A program made the position numbers and the translations under genes. Under the pieces are notes generated by a model that did no database searches, was not told the DNA's origin, and saw only the letters and a program-made list of their open reading frames with translations. A DNA stretch of 61,894 nt, filler included, from Choristocarpus tenellus KU-1152 (lineage: Eukaryota; Protista; Phaeophyceae), in NCBI GenBank assembly GCA_964200185.2. It is 8 parts of 8 records of this genome, joined end to end, with 100 filler letters (N's around TTAATTAATTAA, not from the genome) between each part and the next. Parts side by side here need not be neighbours in the genome. Positions count along the whole stretch, not along the records: positions 50,336 to 61,894 come from CAXNAD020002254.1; 7 more parts are not named here. The stretch is one strand, 5' to 3'. Positions 50,336-61,894 of this stretch are shown here, one piece after another. Each line of letters opens with the position of its first letter. Position 1 is the first letter of the stretch.

Positions 50336-53127
50336 GACGATATGATTGTCTACCACTGTGCTGTCCAAATATTAAGATACTGTGGCAAAGCGGTAATTCT
50401 AGTACAAACAGCTATTTTTCGAAAAAGGTTGTAACCAGACCTTAATCTCGTATACTATCTTTATTCCAAAAAATCCCATTCCTACCATACCATACCGTAC
50501 CATACCAGATATTGTGGTAGACCCTACCGTGTCAGACTTTACTGTGGTATTTACAGAATTGATACACTACCATGCCCTCTTGATATCTTGTAGATATGTC
50601 AGGGAAAAACCAAAATCAAAACATGTGTTTCAAGGACTACTGAAAATATAACAGTTATTGTTAATGCTACGGCACCTGTCCAACAAATATTTAATATTTT
50701 ATCCCTATTTTCACAACAATATCCTCTTCTTAAAGGTTCTTCACTACAGAGTAATGTGTACACTCCTATGCTCCTAACCTAGGTTAGCTTTACCAAGGTG
50801 GGAGAGAAGCCTGGGAAGCATCTCAAGAATCTGTCAGATCCCTTCTCGCCCACCTGTCTGGTGTTCCTAGGTTGAAACACATGATGTGTCTCACGAGGAT
50901 TGAAGTAACTGACGCTACCTGCCGCAAACGAGATTGGACAGCCCTTTTCGGCAAGACCATCAATCCCACTCTCCCCTACCACATGCGTGGCCAACTCACT
51001 CCAAAAGCTGCCTACTTGCTTACCAAGGTGCTCAAAACCTTCTACCGTCAAGGCGTTGATATAAAGCGCAGGACTGCAGCACCAGGTACAATATTGATGG
51101 TAGATAAACGTTCCAAGGGCAACTCGTGATCGCTCAAAGTGCCCAGTGTCGAATTGAAGGTGAATTCACAGAGTATATATGCGTTGTCCTTAGACTCTCC
51201 ATGTCCCCTTCCTCCGGCAGTCTATCCAATGGCTCATCCCACTGGTACTAAGATCAATATCACGATTTGTAGTTTTGACTGCCGTTGCTGTTGAGACTTG
51301 AAATACCAACATTCTCCCACCACACCCTGGCCACAATGTCATGGCCGTTCCTAGTGTCCCTGGGTGTCCCTGGGTGGCCAATACGTCTGATACCGCCCAC
51401 TGCAGTATGTGCTGCCATCTCGTTGCACAAAGGATTGACTCCAAGTCAGGTCGGGTGGCAAGGAGGACATTGCCCCAGCTTCTTGGTCTTACGAAACCCT
51501 ATCCGCCAAGAAGATCTTGATATCATCGTCCCAGAAGAGAGATATTTTCAAGTGTGTGTTTGGAGTTAGGATGGGATGCAAGTGTGACTATGCACTTGGT
51601 TGATAGTAACATGGGCATAGAAAGGTTGGGTTAGGGTTAGCGATGCTTAGATGTTTCATGACATTTCTTCTAATGCTTTCTCTGTAGAAATTGTTCGTCC
51701 ACCAAACTGACAACACTCTTGGCATTCTACATTGATGATCAGAACCTTACGGACTGTGCTCCTGATACAAAGAGGCAAAAGACGATATGATTGTCTACCA
51801 CTGTGCTGTCCAAATATTAAGATACTGTGGCAAAGCGGTAATTCTAGTACAAACAGCTATTTTTCGAAAATGGTTGTAACCAGACCTTAATCTCGTATAC
51901 TATCTTTGTTCCAAAAAATCCCATTCCTACCGTACCATACCGTACCATACAAGATATTGTGGTAGACCCTACTGTGTCAGACTGTACTGTGGTATTTACA
52001 GAATTGATACATTACCATGCCCTCTTGACACCTTGTAGATGTGTCACCTACCATACAAATATTTAATGTTTTATCCCTATTTTCACAAAAATCTTCTTCA
52101 AGGTTCTTCACTACAGAGTAATGTGTACACTCCTATGCTCCTAACCTAACTTAGCTTTACGATGGTGGGAGACAGGCCTGGAAAGCGTATCAAGAACCTG
52201 TCAGATCCCTTCTTGCCAACCTGTCTCGTGTTCCTAGGTTGAAACACATGATGTGTCTCAAGAGGATTGAAGTAACTGACGCTACCTCCCACAAACGAGA
52301 TTGGACAGCTCCTTTTGGCAATACCCTCAATCCCTCTCTCCCCTACCACATGCGTGGCCAACTCACTCCAGAAGCTGCCTACTTGCTTACCAAGGTGCTC
52401 AAAACCTTCTACCGTCAAGGCGTTGATATAAAGCGCAGGACTGCAGCACCAGGTACAACATTGATGGTGGATAAACGTTCCAAGTGCTAACCGTGATCGC
52501 TCAAAGTGCCCAGTGTTGAATTGAAAGTGAAGTCACGGAGGATATATGCGTTGTCCTTAGACTCTCCATGCCCCCTTCCTCCAGCAGTTTACCCAATGGC
52601 TCATTCCGCTGGTACTAAGATCAATATCACGATTGTAGTTTTGACTGCCGTTGCTGTTGAGACTTGGAATACCGACATTCTCCCACCACACCCTGGCCAC
52701 GATGTCCTGGCCATTCCTAGTGTCCCTGGGTGTCCCTGGGTGGCCAATACGTCTGATACCGCCCACTGCAGTATGTGCTGCCATCTCGTTGCACAAAGGA
52801 TTGACTCCAAGTCAGGTCGGGTGGCGAAGAGGACATTGCCCTAGCTTCTTGGTCTGACAAAACCCTATCCACCAAGAAGATCTTGATATCATCGTCCCAG
52901 AAGAGAGATATTTCAAGTGTGTGCTTGGAGTTAGGATGGGATGTAACTGTGACTATGCACTTGATTGATAGTAACATGGTCATAGAAAGGTTGGGTTAGG
53001 GTTAGTGATTCTTAGACATTCCATGACGTTTCTTCTAACGCTTTCTCGGGAGAAATTGTTAGTCCACCAAACTGACAATACTCTTGGCATTCTATACTTA
53101 TGATCAGAACCTCACAGCTCCTGATAC
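50336..53127. repeat. ~1.4-kb diverged tandem duplication (unit 1 50336-51780, unit 2 51781-~53127)
   Basis: gacgatatgattgtctaccactg starts both units. The units are colinear with substitutions and indels. Confidence 0.95.
50790..51560 (-). mobile_element. CRE-like non-LTR retrotransposon 3' relic (second copy at ~52155-52935)
   Basis: VEGFEHLGKQVGSFWSELATHVVG is homologous to the REL tail at 12600-12780. Degenerate zinc-finger and R.DI segments lie upstream. Confidence 0.7.
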
Positions 53128-53674
53128 GATAGGCAAAAATTTACCTAACTCTAGCTATTCAAAACATCCAGAGTATGTTGATAGAGTGGGCATCCTATCG
53201 GGTAGGAGGGTAGGTACTCCAGTAAGTACACCAGGACACAAACATACTTTGGAGCATGTGGGGGGAGCTCGGAGGGGGCGCCAACAATATATAGACCTTG
53301 AAATATACGTAAGCAGGTCTTATGTTTGTAATTCGCTGAGAAGTCCTCTCTCTTCCAATTTCACGTTTTTGGTCTCGCAATAGCACAAAGTAATGATCAC
53401 ATACCTGCAGGTCAACCATGTGCGTCAATCAATCAATCGATCAGTTTCTCTGGCATGACCTATCTAGGAATCGAGGCCTATGTATCCCAGGTGCAAAATA
53501 TCGTCCTTGCTACTACTGACTTTGGTCAACACATGTTTATGCCAGACTTTCGGTTTTCATGCAGGACTTCCGTAGGTAAAAATATTTCGACATATCATCA
53601 CCAAATGTATTTAGGTAGCGTTTTCACGCCTTTCATGTTCAATACATACGTGTGCCCATGTAGTCTTGACAACT

Positions 53675-56600
53675 ATAATTATCCAGATACAATGCCTACA
53701 AAAGCCTACAATCGTTGTCCAGCGACCCAATTGTACCTTTCGTCCTCCTAAGCCAGCTGAACCCAGTCCATGGAGAGTATCATGGGTAGGTCCTCTTCCC
53801 TCAACTCAATCAGCTCCAGGTTGCGATGTCCGAGTCCAAGAACAGGTTCCTACCTGGGCCTCATCTTCATGTTCTTGTTTACATATTGCCTCATCAATCT
53901 CTTGAAGAAGATTGGTAAATGACCATCACCGTGGAGAATAGATATGGTGTAAGTGCATGAGAGTTTGGAAGAAGTAGTACACTTTGGAATGTGTGCATGA
54001 TACACAGTGGATGAGGGTCAGGTAGTGTGAATGGATGCATAGACCAGGAAATCTTTGAACAAGTGTGAAGGGCATGTTTCTCTCCAGGGGTTCTGGAGGT
54101 ATAGATAGCTCTTTAACATAGTTGGTAACACAGTCAAATCAAACTGCCATCTCCCATCTCAAATATTGTTTTAAGACGGGCCACGGGCAAAGGCCTCCAT
54201 CCATAGACCTACACAGAGACCTCCCCGCAGTAACACGTGGTCTCATTGCTACTGCTGCAGGCACTGCTGCTTCGTGAATCAGACCTCTCCTCCACTGTCT
54301 CCTCCACCATCATTGGATAACAAACTCTCTGGATCCTGCAGTTCTTCTCTCCATGAATGTAGACTTTCCTCATTTAATGGGCTTGCCTCTGTGGCTCGAT
54401 TCTCCATGGCCACGCCGGCCCCTCTGCCACTGCACATGTCCTTACGTATACCTCCCTGGAGAGTACCACTGCATGTGTCAGGCCCTTCCACCTAGCCGTG
54501 GACTTGACCATGTCCCTCTCTCTTCTCTGCCTATCCATATATTGGCAGGCTCAGGCTTCCCACCTTGCTACTGCTTTGCCAAGGACTTCCCTTTCTATCC
54601 TCTCCTTTCCTCTGGCACGAGCCTTGCTTGGTGGTTCAGTTGGCTTGGTGAAGGCATGCGATGACACCTCCTCTTCCCCCTCACTTTCCATCCTCAACAT
54701 CCCTGTTCCATCTGCTCCAAAACCTCCTCCATGCCCGTACCTGCAGGTGCACCACCCACAACTCCAGATTGGACTTGAAGTCCACAGGTGTCCCCTGTGC
54801 CCACATCAACACTTCTGGGAATGCTATTTGGGAGGGGTACTGAGATGAGTTGATTATTTCTTGCGCTTTAGCCATCTGGCACCGACACAATGGGGACAAG
54901 AAGTCACAAGGACAAAGGAGGGAACAACAAGCCGAATTGTGAGAGCCTACAGTTGTAGAGTGCATGTTCAAAATGACTGCAAGCTCTGCGGCAACACTGA
55001 AAATCAAAATGATCCTCTCGGTTGCTCTCAACGTGGTGCACTCTAATTTTGCAACATATTGTATATGACCCCCTCCAACAACACACGTATTGATCATTGA
55101 CAATCTTCCCACACTCTTTGAAGGCCCTCTATGTCAATATCTGCCGCAGGGCACATCTGACTTAGCCACAGTTTGCAAGCATGGAAGTGTGCTATACAAC
55201 AAATCACTCCAAAGTCTTCAGGAGGTAGCTGTAAATCTAATTGCTAAAGCCGGATCCATTGTGCAGGGGGCCAATCTTCAGACCGTCATAGTCTCACCTT
55301 CTTGACAAATATAGCTAACCAAGTCCCAAAATTTAGCAAATCAAACAGAATTTCGGCTCCACCCAGTTTTTGAAATAGATTGGGAGCTGTGTTGATAGGA
55401 CCAAGGGCAGTATATGGGAGAAGCCATACAGCATATGATACCAAAGAACAAGAGCACCACACTTTCACAATGTTACATGAACTGTTGATTTCTTCCTTCA
55501 TGGAAAAACACCAATCTGTCATATGATTGGCAAGTCTGCTCACTACTCCCCCCTCTCTACAAAAATGCCATCCCTACACTCATCGACCATACTTCAACAA
55601 CAAGATCATTCAATCAGAAAATTCCACTGAGGATACACAATTTGCATAAGAATTCACGTCCAAGATCACATCATTTGGCACAACTATAGTATTTCACAGA
55701 ATTGTTTCGAGACTACTGTGAGGCTTGAAATTGTTGCACAGAAATGTGAATGCAGCACTTAATGGATTGGATGTATGTTAAAGAGTGTCTTGTCTACCAC
55801 AATACATCTATAATTTATTGTTTGTGCAAGGCATCATGGCATGAATAATAACATACTTTGTCAAAATTTCATGTTTATCTCGAATTTAATACACTAGTAT
55901 GCACAACCAAGGATCTCCTGCAAAGGTAGTATGAACTGTGAGTAAAGTTGCAAAGTGGAAGTCATCATAAAACCTGTTCCCACCATGCCTTTTGGTGGGC
56001 AGTTGGACAGTGTTTTGTGAACGAGCTCAAAACCTAGGTTACTGGAGGTCATATTACAAACTAAACCCTGCATTGTTGCCACAGAACATTGCAGTCATTT
56101 TGAATATGTACTCTACAACTCTATTCTCTCACCACTCGACTTGCTGTTCCTTCCTCTGTCCCTACGGCTTCTTGTCACCATTGTGCTGGTGCCAGATGGC
56201 CAAGGCGCTCCAAATAGTTACCTCTTCTCAGTACCCCCACCCCCAGATAGCGTTCCCAGAGGCGTTGATGTGAGTGCAGGGGACGCCCGTAGACTTCAAG
56301 TCCAATCTGGAATCATGGGTGGTACACCTACAGGTACGGGCATTGGAGGAGGGTGTGGCGCAGCTGGAACAGGGACATCGTCAAGAAAAAGCCAGGGGGA
56401 AGAGGAGATATCATCGCTTGCCTCGACCAAGCCACCTGGACCTAGCAAGGCTTATGCCAGAGGGAAGGAGATGTTAGAAGGGGAAGTCCTTGGCAAAGCA
56501 GTAGCTAGGAGGGAAGCCCGAGAATAGGCAGAGGAGGGAGAGGGACATGATCAAGTGCACGCCCAGGTGGAAGGGCATGGCACATGAAAATGTACTGTCC

Positions 56601-57295
56601 AGGTGGGTATGCATAAGGACAGTTGCAGAGGCAGAGGGGGCGCCGTGGCCATGGAGAACGGAAACAGAGGCGCGTCCATTCAATGCGGAACATCTACCTT
56701 CAAGGACAGAGGGCCTGCATGATACAGGTGGGCGGTTGACGAATAATGGTGGAGGAGACAGTCAAGGAGCATGTTACTGTGGAGAGGTTGCCATCCCGCG
56801 GCCCATCCTAAACAATATTTGAAATGGGAGATTGCAGTTTGATTTGGCCATGTTGCCAACTATGTTAAGGAGTTACACCTCCAAACCCCCTGGAGAGAAA
56901 CATGACCTTTGCAATTTTCCAAAGACTTCCTGGTCTAAGCATCCATTTACACTACCTGGCCCTCAAGCACTGTGTATCATGCACATATTCCAAAGCATAC
57001 CTTCCAAACTCTCATGCATTTACACTACATCTACTCTTCATGGCGATTGCCATTTGCCAATCTTCTTCAAGAGATTGATGCAACAATGGGTAAGCAAGAA
57101 CCTGAAGATGAGGCCCAGGTAGGAACCTGTTCTTGGACTCAGACATCGCAACCTGGAGCTGATCGAGTTGAGGGAGGAGGACCTACCCTTGATACTCTCC
57201 ACAGGGAGGGGTCAGCTGTCTCAGGATAACAACAGGTACGATTAACTCGCTGGACAAAAATTGTATACTTTTGTGAGCACTGTATCCGGATCATA
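53675..57295. repeat. Large diverged inverted repeat: arms ~53675-54998 and ~56073-57295, spacer ~1.07 kb
   Basis: For example cagctccaggttgcgatgtc (53811) vs gacatcgcaacctggagctg (~57142), and the inner ends ...gcggcaaca / tgttgccac.... Both arms carry the same broken ORF (QGTPVDFKSNLE.WVVHLQVRA). Confidence 0.9.
55100..55640 (-). mobile_element. Possible Ty3/gypsy-type reverse-transcriptase relic
   Basis: Degenerate peptides ADLPII*QIGVFP*RKKST and LPYTALGPINTAPNLFQK resemble DL..GY.QI....D..KTAF and MPFGL.NAP..FQR. Many stops and frameshifts. Confidence 0.35.
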
Positions 57296-57749
57296 TATTC
57301 TGATACCTCCAGCAACCAGAACCATGAGTACCATAGGAAATGGGGTTGAGCATGTACAGCGAAACCTGACTTGGAAGGTGAAATGGGAGTTATAGTTGCA
57401 AATGGATTCTTGGTGCTCTATACGAGCTGTGGGACTTGAGGGAGTGACGGAGCTAGGGCTAATGTGCAATGTGGTAGGCTCTAGGGAAAATACTTAGGGG
57501 TTGAACCACTTCATTAGTTTATTGCACCGACGATCATTATCATGATACCAAAAATCGGAATTATGTTATTTCCTGGGGCTCCTCGTGTATGGTTTAAAAT
57601 TTTGTTTGGTTTAGAATTTGTTGGTATCATATTTCTCACACCTGAGACCAAACGAAAAATGTCGGAGAGTCAAAGATAGCACAACATAATATGTTTAATG
57701 GGCATCACATTGTGAAGGTATGTTTTATTCTTCTAGGACTAAAACATAG

Positions 57750-58320
57750 CCTCCTGTTTTGCTGCTGTCCAAGGTGTGCATTTTCATCAATGAGCAAAAA
57801 TTACCATTTCGCAATACTTGGATATATTCCAATCCATTCAAACACACTATTCATTGGAATCTTACCACACACGGGCATCAGTCAAATATTGACCACCCTT
57901 TCCTTCACAAACTCTCAGTGGTCATTGCTCCATCACCATCTTTTGTGGTAGGTACATTTCCTCCCCCAAGTAAGAGATGTGCCAGGAACGTGTACACTTT
58001 CCCAACCCTCGCTCCCTAAAAGAAGAGTTCAAGTTGTCAACATTATTGTACTGTCCATCTTTATCATGATACTCTATACTCCTCAAGAACTTTATATTAC
58101 GATGTACATCACTTCAAAACAGGTATTGCCAACTAGCATCACACCAAATTCTATGGGAACAATGCAGATGTTGAAGCAACCTGTCAAGAGAAAACTAAAT
58201 ATCTCCTCTAAAGCTGATCTGCTCTCGTTTTGCAACAGATGTACGATTTCATCTATATTCATTTGCACCTCTTCATATGTTGCACCAGTCCAGAGGCTCA
58301 AACTCCAGCAATGGAGTCTG
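57750..58320 (-). mobile_element. Possible LINE APE-endonuclease relic
   Basis: IDEIVHLLQNESR resembles DIV.LQETR, and LLIDENAHLG resembles L.GD.NAR.G. Heavily decayed. Confidence 0.3.
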
Positions 58321-60247
58321 TTCTAACTCTACCCAAACTCATTTCTGAGTATTTGTTGAGTCCACATATTACAGACTCCATTTCTGGAGTTTGGGGCTCT
58401 CAATAAGGAAACACGGGAAAGGGTGCAAAAGAAAGTTTTGTGGAGACAAGGTACAAACTGCTATGGTCCTTGGGAGGCCCTGTGCAAGCTGTGCAGTAAC
58501 ACAGCATCCAAATAGTTACACCTAGTGTGATGTTATAGTTCAAACACTATATTCTTGGGAATCATACCACACAGGTATCAACTACACTTTGACCACCCTT
58601 TTCCTAACGAACTCCCAGTGATCATTGCTCTAGCACCATTTTATGTCCTATCTCACCACACTCACTAAAGAGACATGCTGTATGGGGAACTTCTACACCA
58701 AACTAACTATTTCTCCCTCTCAATAAACTGGGGGTATGGTCACCGAGAATGGAGCCAACGAGGCAAGCCCTCTGAAGGATGGAATTCTAGCTCTAACTGA
58801 AGGCTTTCATTGGACAGGGAGATTCAACTAAAAAAAAAACTGTACCTTTTTGAAGATATAAACTTGTACTAAGTTCAAGATACACAAATCACATAGCATT
58901 GTTGGCATTATTCACTCCATGGACTGGTCAAAAATATTCTTTAAGGCCCATGGAAAGCAAGAAGGAAAAAACTCTATCGAAAGTAGTTGAGTATAATCAT
59001 TTTCCTGGTCTACTCATCCATTCACATTGGCTGTCTCTTCTGTACTGTGCATCATGCGCACACTGCCAATATATATTGTAGAGCAGAACTCTGGGGCTGC
59101 CTGTTCGATAACACTAGAAATGAACATTGCACAAGAGAACAAGAGAAACCACATGCTCCGGAGTATAAAGCAAGGCACACACAAGACCATTTCAGCAAAA
59201 ATCAGATTCACACATCAACCTCCCCTCTCCCCAATTCTAAAAGAGTTGTGATTCGGCAGTTTTTTCCCCTATAACAAAAAGGCAAGAAAGTTAGGCTGCT
59301 TCATAGTCACAACCACTCAACTTAGTTGGCCTCGGTGGCCAGTGTCATAATCAATCTAGTCCTCCTCACAGCAAAACCCTGTACAAAACAGATAATTTTT
59401 TCTCACAACAGTTATCAGTAGAACTCTGCACAATAGAAGACAGTGAAAGCACACACCTCAGCAAAACATGTTCGATGCAAACTTTTGAAAAAAAATCCTT
59501 CTAACCCATACAATTAATGTAAGACTCACAATGACAATCAAAGTCACAAAATAAAACAAAAAACTCCAAAGTATTAAATCACTGCAGCACCTCACAAAAC
59601 ATACATTCAGTACAGACATCACACACCTCATTATCCTCCAAGCCAGAGTCCAGCATCACAAACACCTACAAACCCTTTCCCTTCCTGCTTGTAACCTCAA
59701 TTACCTCCCTGTTCCTCCATCTAGCTGCTTTAACAAGGTCCCCTCACCCCTTTCCCCCTCTCCTATCTCTTGTGTATATCCCTCCATATCATCAGGCATC
59801 ATTTTCTCTCCGTGTGTCCTGGACAGAGTCACCAATGACTGACATACAGTTCACACAGTGAAAAAAATTACCATCCCATGAGTGTAACAAATACATTTTT
59901 TGCATTTGTAAGACATTTAAAAGCAATCCTTTGTCACAAATGAACAAACCCAATCAGAATTTCGTCACAGTCACAAACAGCAAGGAGGAGAGCACAAAAT
60001 TCAAGGACGTCAAAACACACATGCATGAAATAAATACTAGACTGGCACTGTAATTGCTAGGGTTCTTCAACATCGTAATATCCAAAATCCTAAAACCCTA
60101 ACCCTAACAATGTAAGCAGAAGATACAATTGTACATAGAGAACTGTTGAAAAAAAAAGTGTGTGCACAAAGGTGTCTAGGGTACATGATGTCAAGAAGGA
60201 AAGAGGGCGTTGTGAGGGGAGAGGTGAAATGTGAGGGAGCTGAGAAA

Positions 60248-60553
60248 CACTCTGAAGGCCAGTTGAGGTGCATTACCCCAGTCCGAGAACATTGCATTCA
60301 TCATGGCATGATATGAAGGCAAGGATGGGGTAGGACTCATAAGATGGAGATAGGTTGTGATTTTCATATGAGGCTTTTGTGGTATAGAAATGGGTTTGTG
60401 ATCACTCTGAAGGCCAGTTGAGGTACTTTACCCCAGTCTGAGAACATTGGAGTCATCATGGCATGATATGAAGGCAAGGATGGGGTAGGACTCATAAGAT
60501 GGAGATAGGGTGTGATTTTCATGTGAGGCTCTTGTGGTATAGAAATAGGTTTG
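60248..60553. repeat. ~155-bp tandem duplication
   Basis: cactctgaaggccagttgaggt...gtggtatagaaat..gtttgt occurs twice, at 60248 and ~60403. Confidence 0.9.
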
Positions 60554-61689
60554 TTGTTGTGGGACCAAAGTGCATAAAAGGGTGGTGAGGTAGTACGGAA
60601 TATTCACCACATGTGAGAGCAAGACAAAGGAAGTGCAGCCAGAGAGGGGGAAGGAGAAAGAAGACAAAGATCTAGGATACCCAAAAGAATGCAAAACACA
60701 TACAGACGAAGAAATTTCTATCGACCAAAGGTGATACTAGAGAAATAATTTTCGCTCAGGTTCCCTACGATTAATGGTCGCATTTGACACATAGGAATTT
60801 TTAGGTAAATCCCAACAAGAGTAAACGTGGAAATACTTTGGGACTGATCTCATGATCCCTTCCCCACTACCCACTATCACGAAATCAACGGACCTGGGAA
60901 TCCCTAGCTGATGCCCGATTACATACCACAGACGAACCTTCCGTTGCACGCAAGATCCCTCAACCCAAAGAGCCTCGTAACCCAACAAGAACCACCAAAA
61001 CATCACGGACCTCCCACCCCTATTACCTGCGGGTCGCTCAAGGGCTAAGAGGTTTCTACTGTCTTGGGCGGGTGGGTAGAGGTGCAATGAAAGCACGTGC
61101 CGCACATACCGAGACCACGGCCCCCAAAGCAAGGATACATGCTGTAACAGGTGGGTGCCATACTGATCAAGATCGAAGGAGCGTTCACAGAGTACGAGGG
61201 GATAGGATGGACGAAAGCACTCACTTGGTGAGTGGCGGCTCCATGTAGAGGATCTATTACAACTATGTCGGTTGAGGTCGAAGTGCGGAGGTAGTAAGAA
61301 GGGGAGGAGCAAGAGGTTGGCTGCTAATTTTCCACCATGAACTAAATCTTCCCTTACAACGGCTTTTCTTGCCCAGAATGATTTCGAGATCTGGGAGAAC
61401 ACGGAAACATCGCCAAGTCTGCGAGCGAAATTGGTTGACAAAACAGAAGAAGTTACTTAGTGCAGACACTACACCTCGTGGACACAGCAAGAACTCGACC
61501 AAGGTTCGCAACGTATGCTATAAATCTCTATCATGCATTGGCAACCTCAAGACCAAAGTCATGAACATGTCTGAAACCTTGCTGTATCCCTCCCTTCCCT
61601 CGATAATATTGGTAATGACAATATTGTTTGAGAAGAGGGAAATCGGGAAGGTATTTTGGATATATTTCCTCAAATGATTCCCAAGATCT

Positions 61690-61894
61690 AAAAAATAAAA
61701 TGGTGATTTTGACATCGGTAGGGTAAGGGAAGTTCTACACATCCCAACCACAAATATATGTGCCAGATCCCCCGTCTAGAATTTAAGCTCCCAGTCAGCA
61801 GATTCCTAAGGAGGGAGAAGGCCCTATCGAACAGGTGCCCAGTGGCAGGGTGCAGGAGGCAGAATGTCGATACCAGACATGCCCGCACCTGCAC
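61690..61894 (-). mobile_element. CRE-like non-LTR retrotransposon fragment, running off the window end
   Basis: Reverse-complement homologue of 13830-13990 (VRACLVSTFCLLHPATGHLFDRA vs VRACLVSILCLLHPATAHLLNRA). Because the two ORFs are on opposite strands, the element's sense strand here may be +. Confidence 0.65.

Overview
This is a eukaryotic, intron-rich window. It is most likely from a brown alga or related photosynthetic stramenopile; this is inferred from gene content, (CCCTAA)n tracts, a bipartite plastid-targeting peptide, a Zn2Cys6 transcription factor and CRE-like retroelements. It is not one locus: seven 100-bp N44-TTAATTAATTAA-N44 linkers join eight contigs, so adjacency across linkers means nothing. 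Exon models were read by eye from splice sites and reading-frame phase, and family calls come from recalled motifs, not database searches. Contig 1 (1-12363): an isolated myosin motor exon, then 9 phase-0 exons of a CEP70-like centrosomal coiled-coil gene. Contig 2 (12464-21432): a CRE-like non-LTR relic and a complete 3-exon Zn(II)2Cys6 transcription factor. Contig 3 (21533-25010): a multi-exon gene that may encode a degenerate beta-class DNA amino-methyltransferase fold. Contig 4 (25111-31050): LrgB/PLGG1-like transporter exons with a ~1.45-kb HTH-coding foldback in one intron. Contig 5 (31151-35606): an N-terminally short Beclin-1/Atg6-like gene head-to-head with a plastid-targeted type II peroxiredoxin. 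Contig 6 (35707-47274): 14 exons of a very divergent dynein heavy chain whose AAA1 Walker A/B motifs are lost. Contig 7 (47375-50235): probable kinesin-3 stalk exons with an 800-bp foldback in an intron. Contig 8 (50336-61894): transposon relics, a ~1.4-kb tandem duplication and a ~3.6-kb inverted repeat. No CRISPR array, rRNA or tRNA was recognised. The best novelty candidates are the pseudo-ATPase dynein, the pseudo-methyltransferase and the recurrent long foldback structures.
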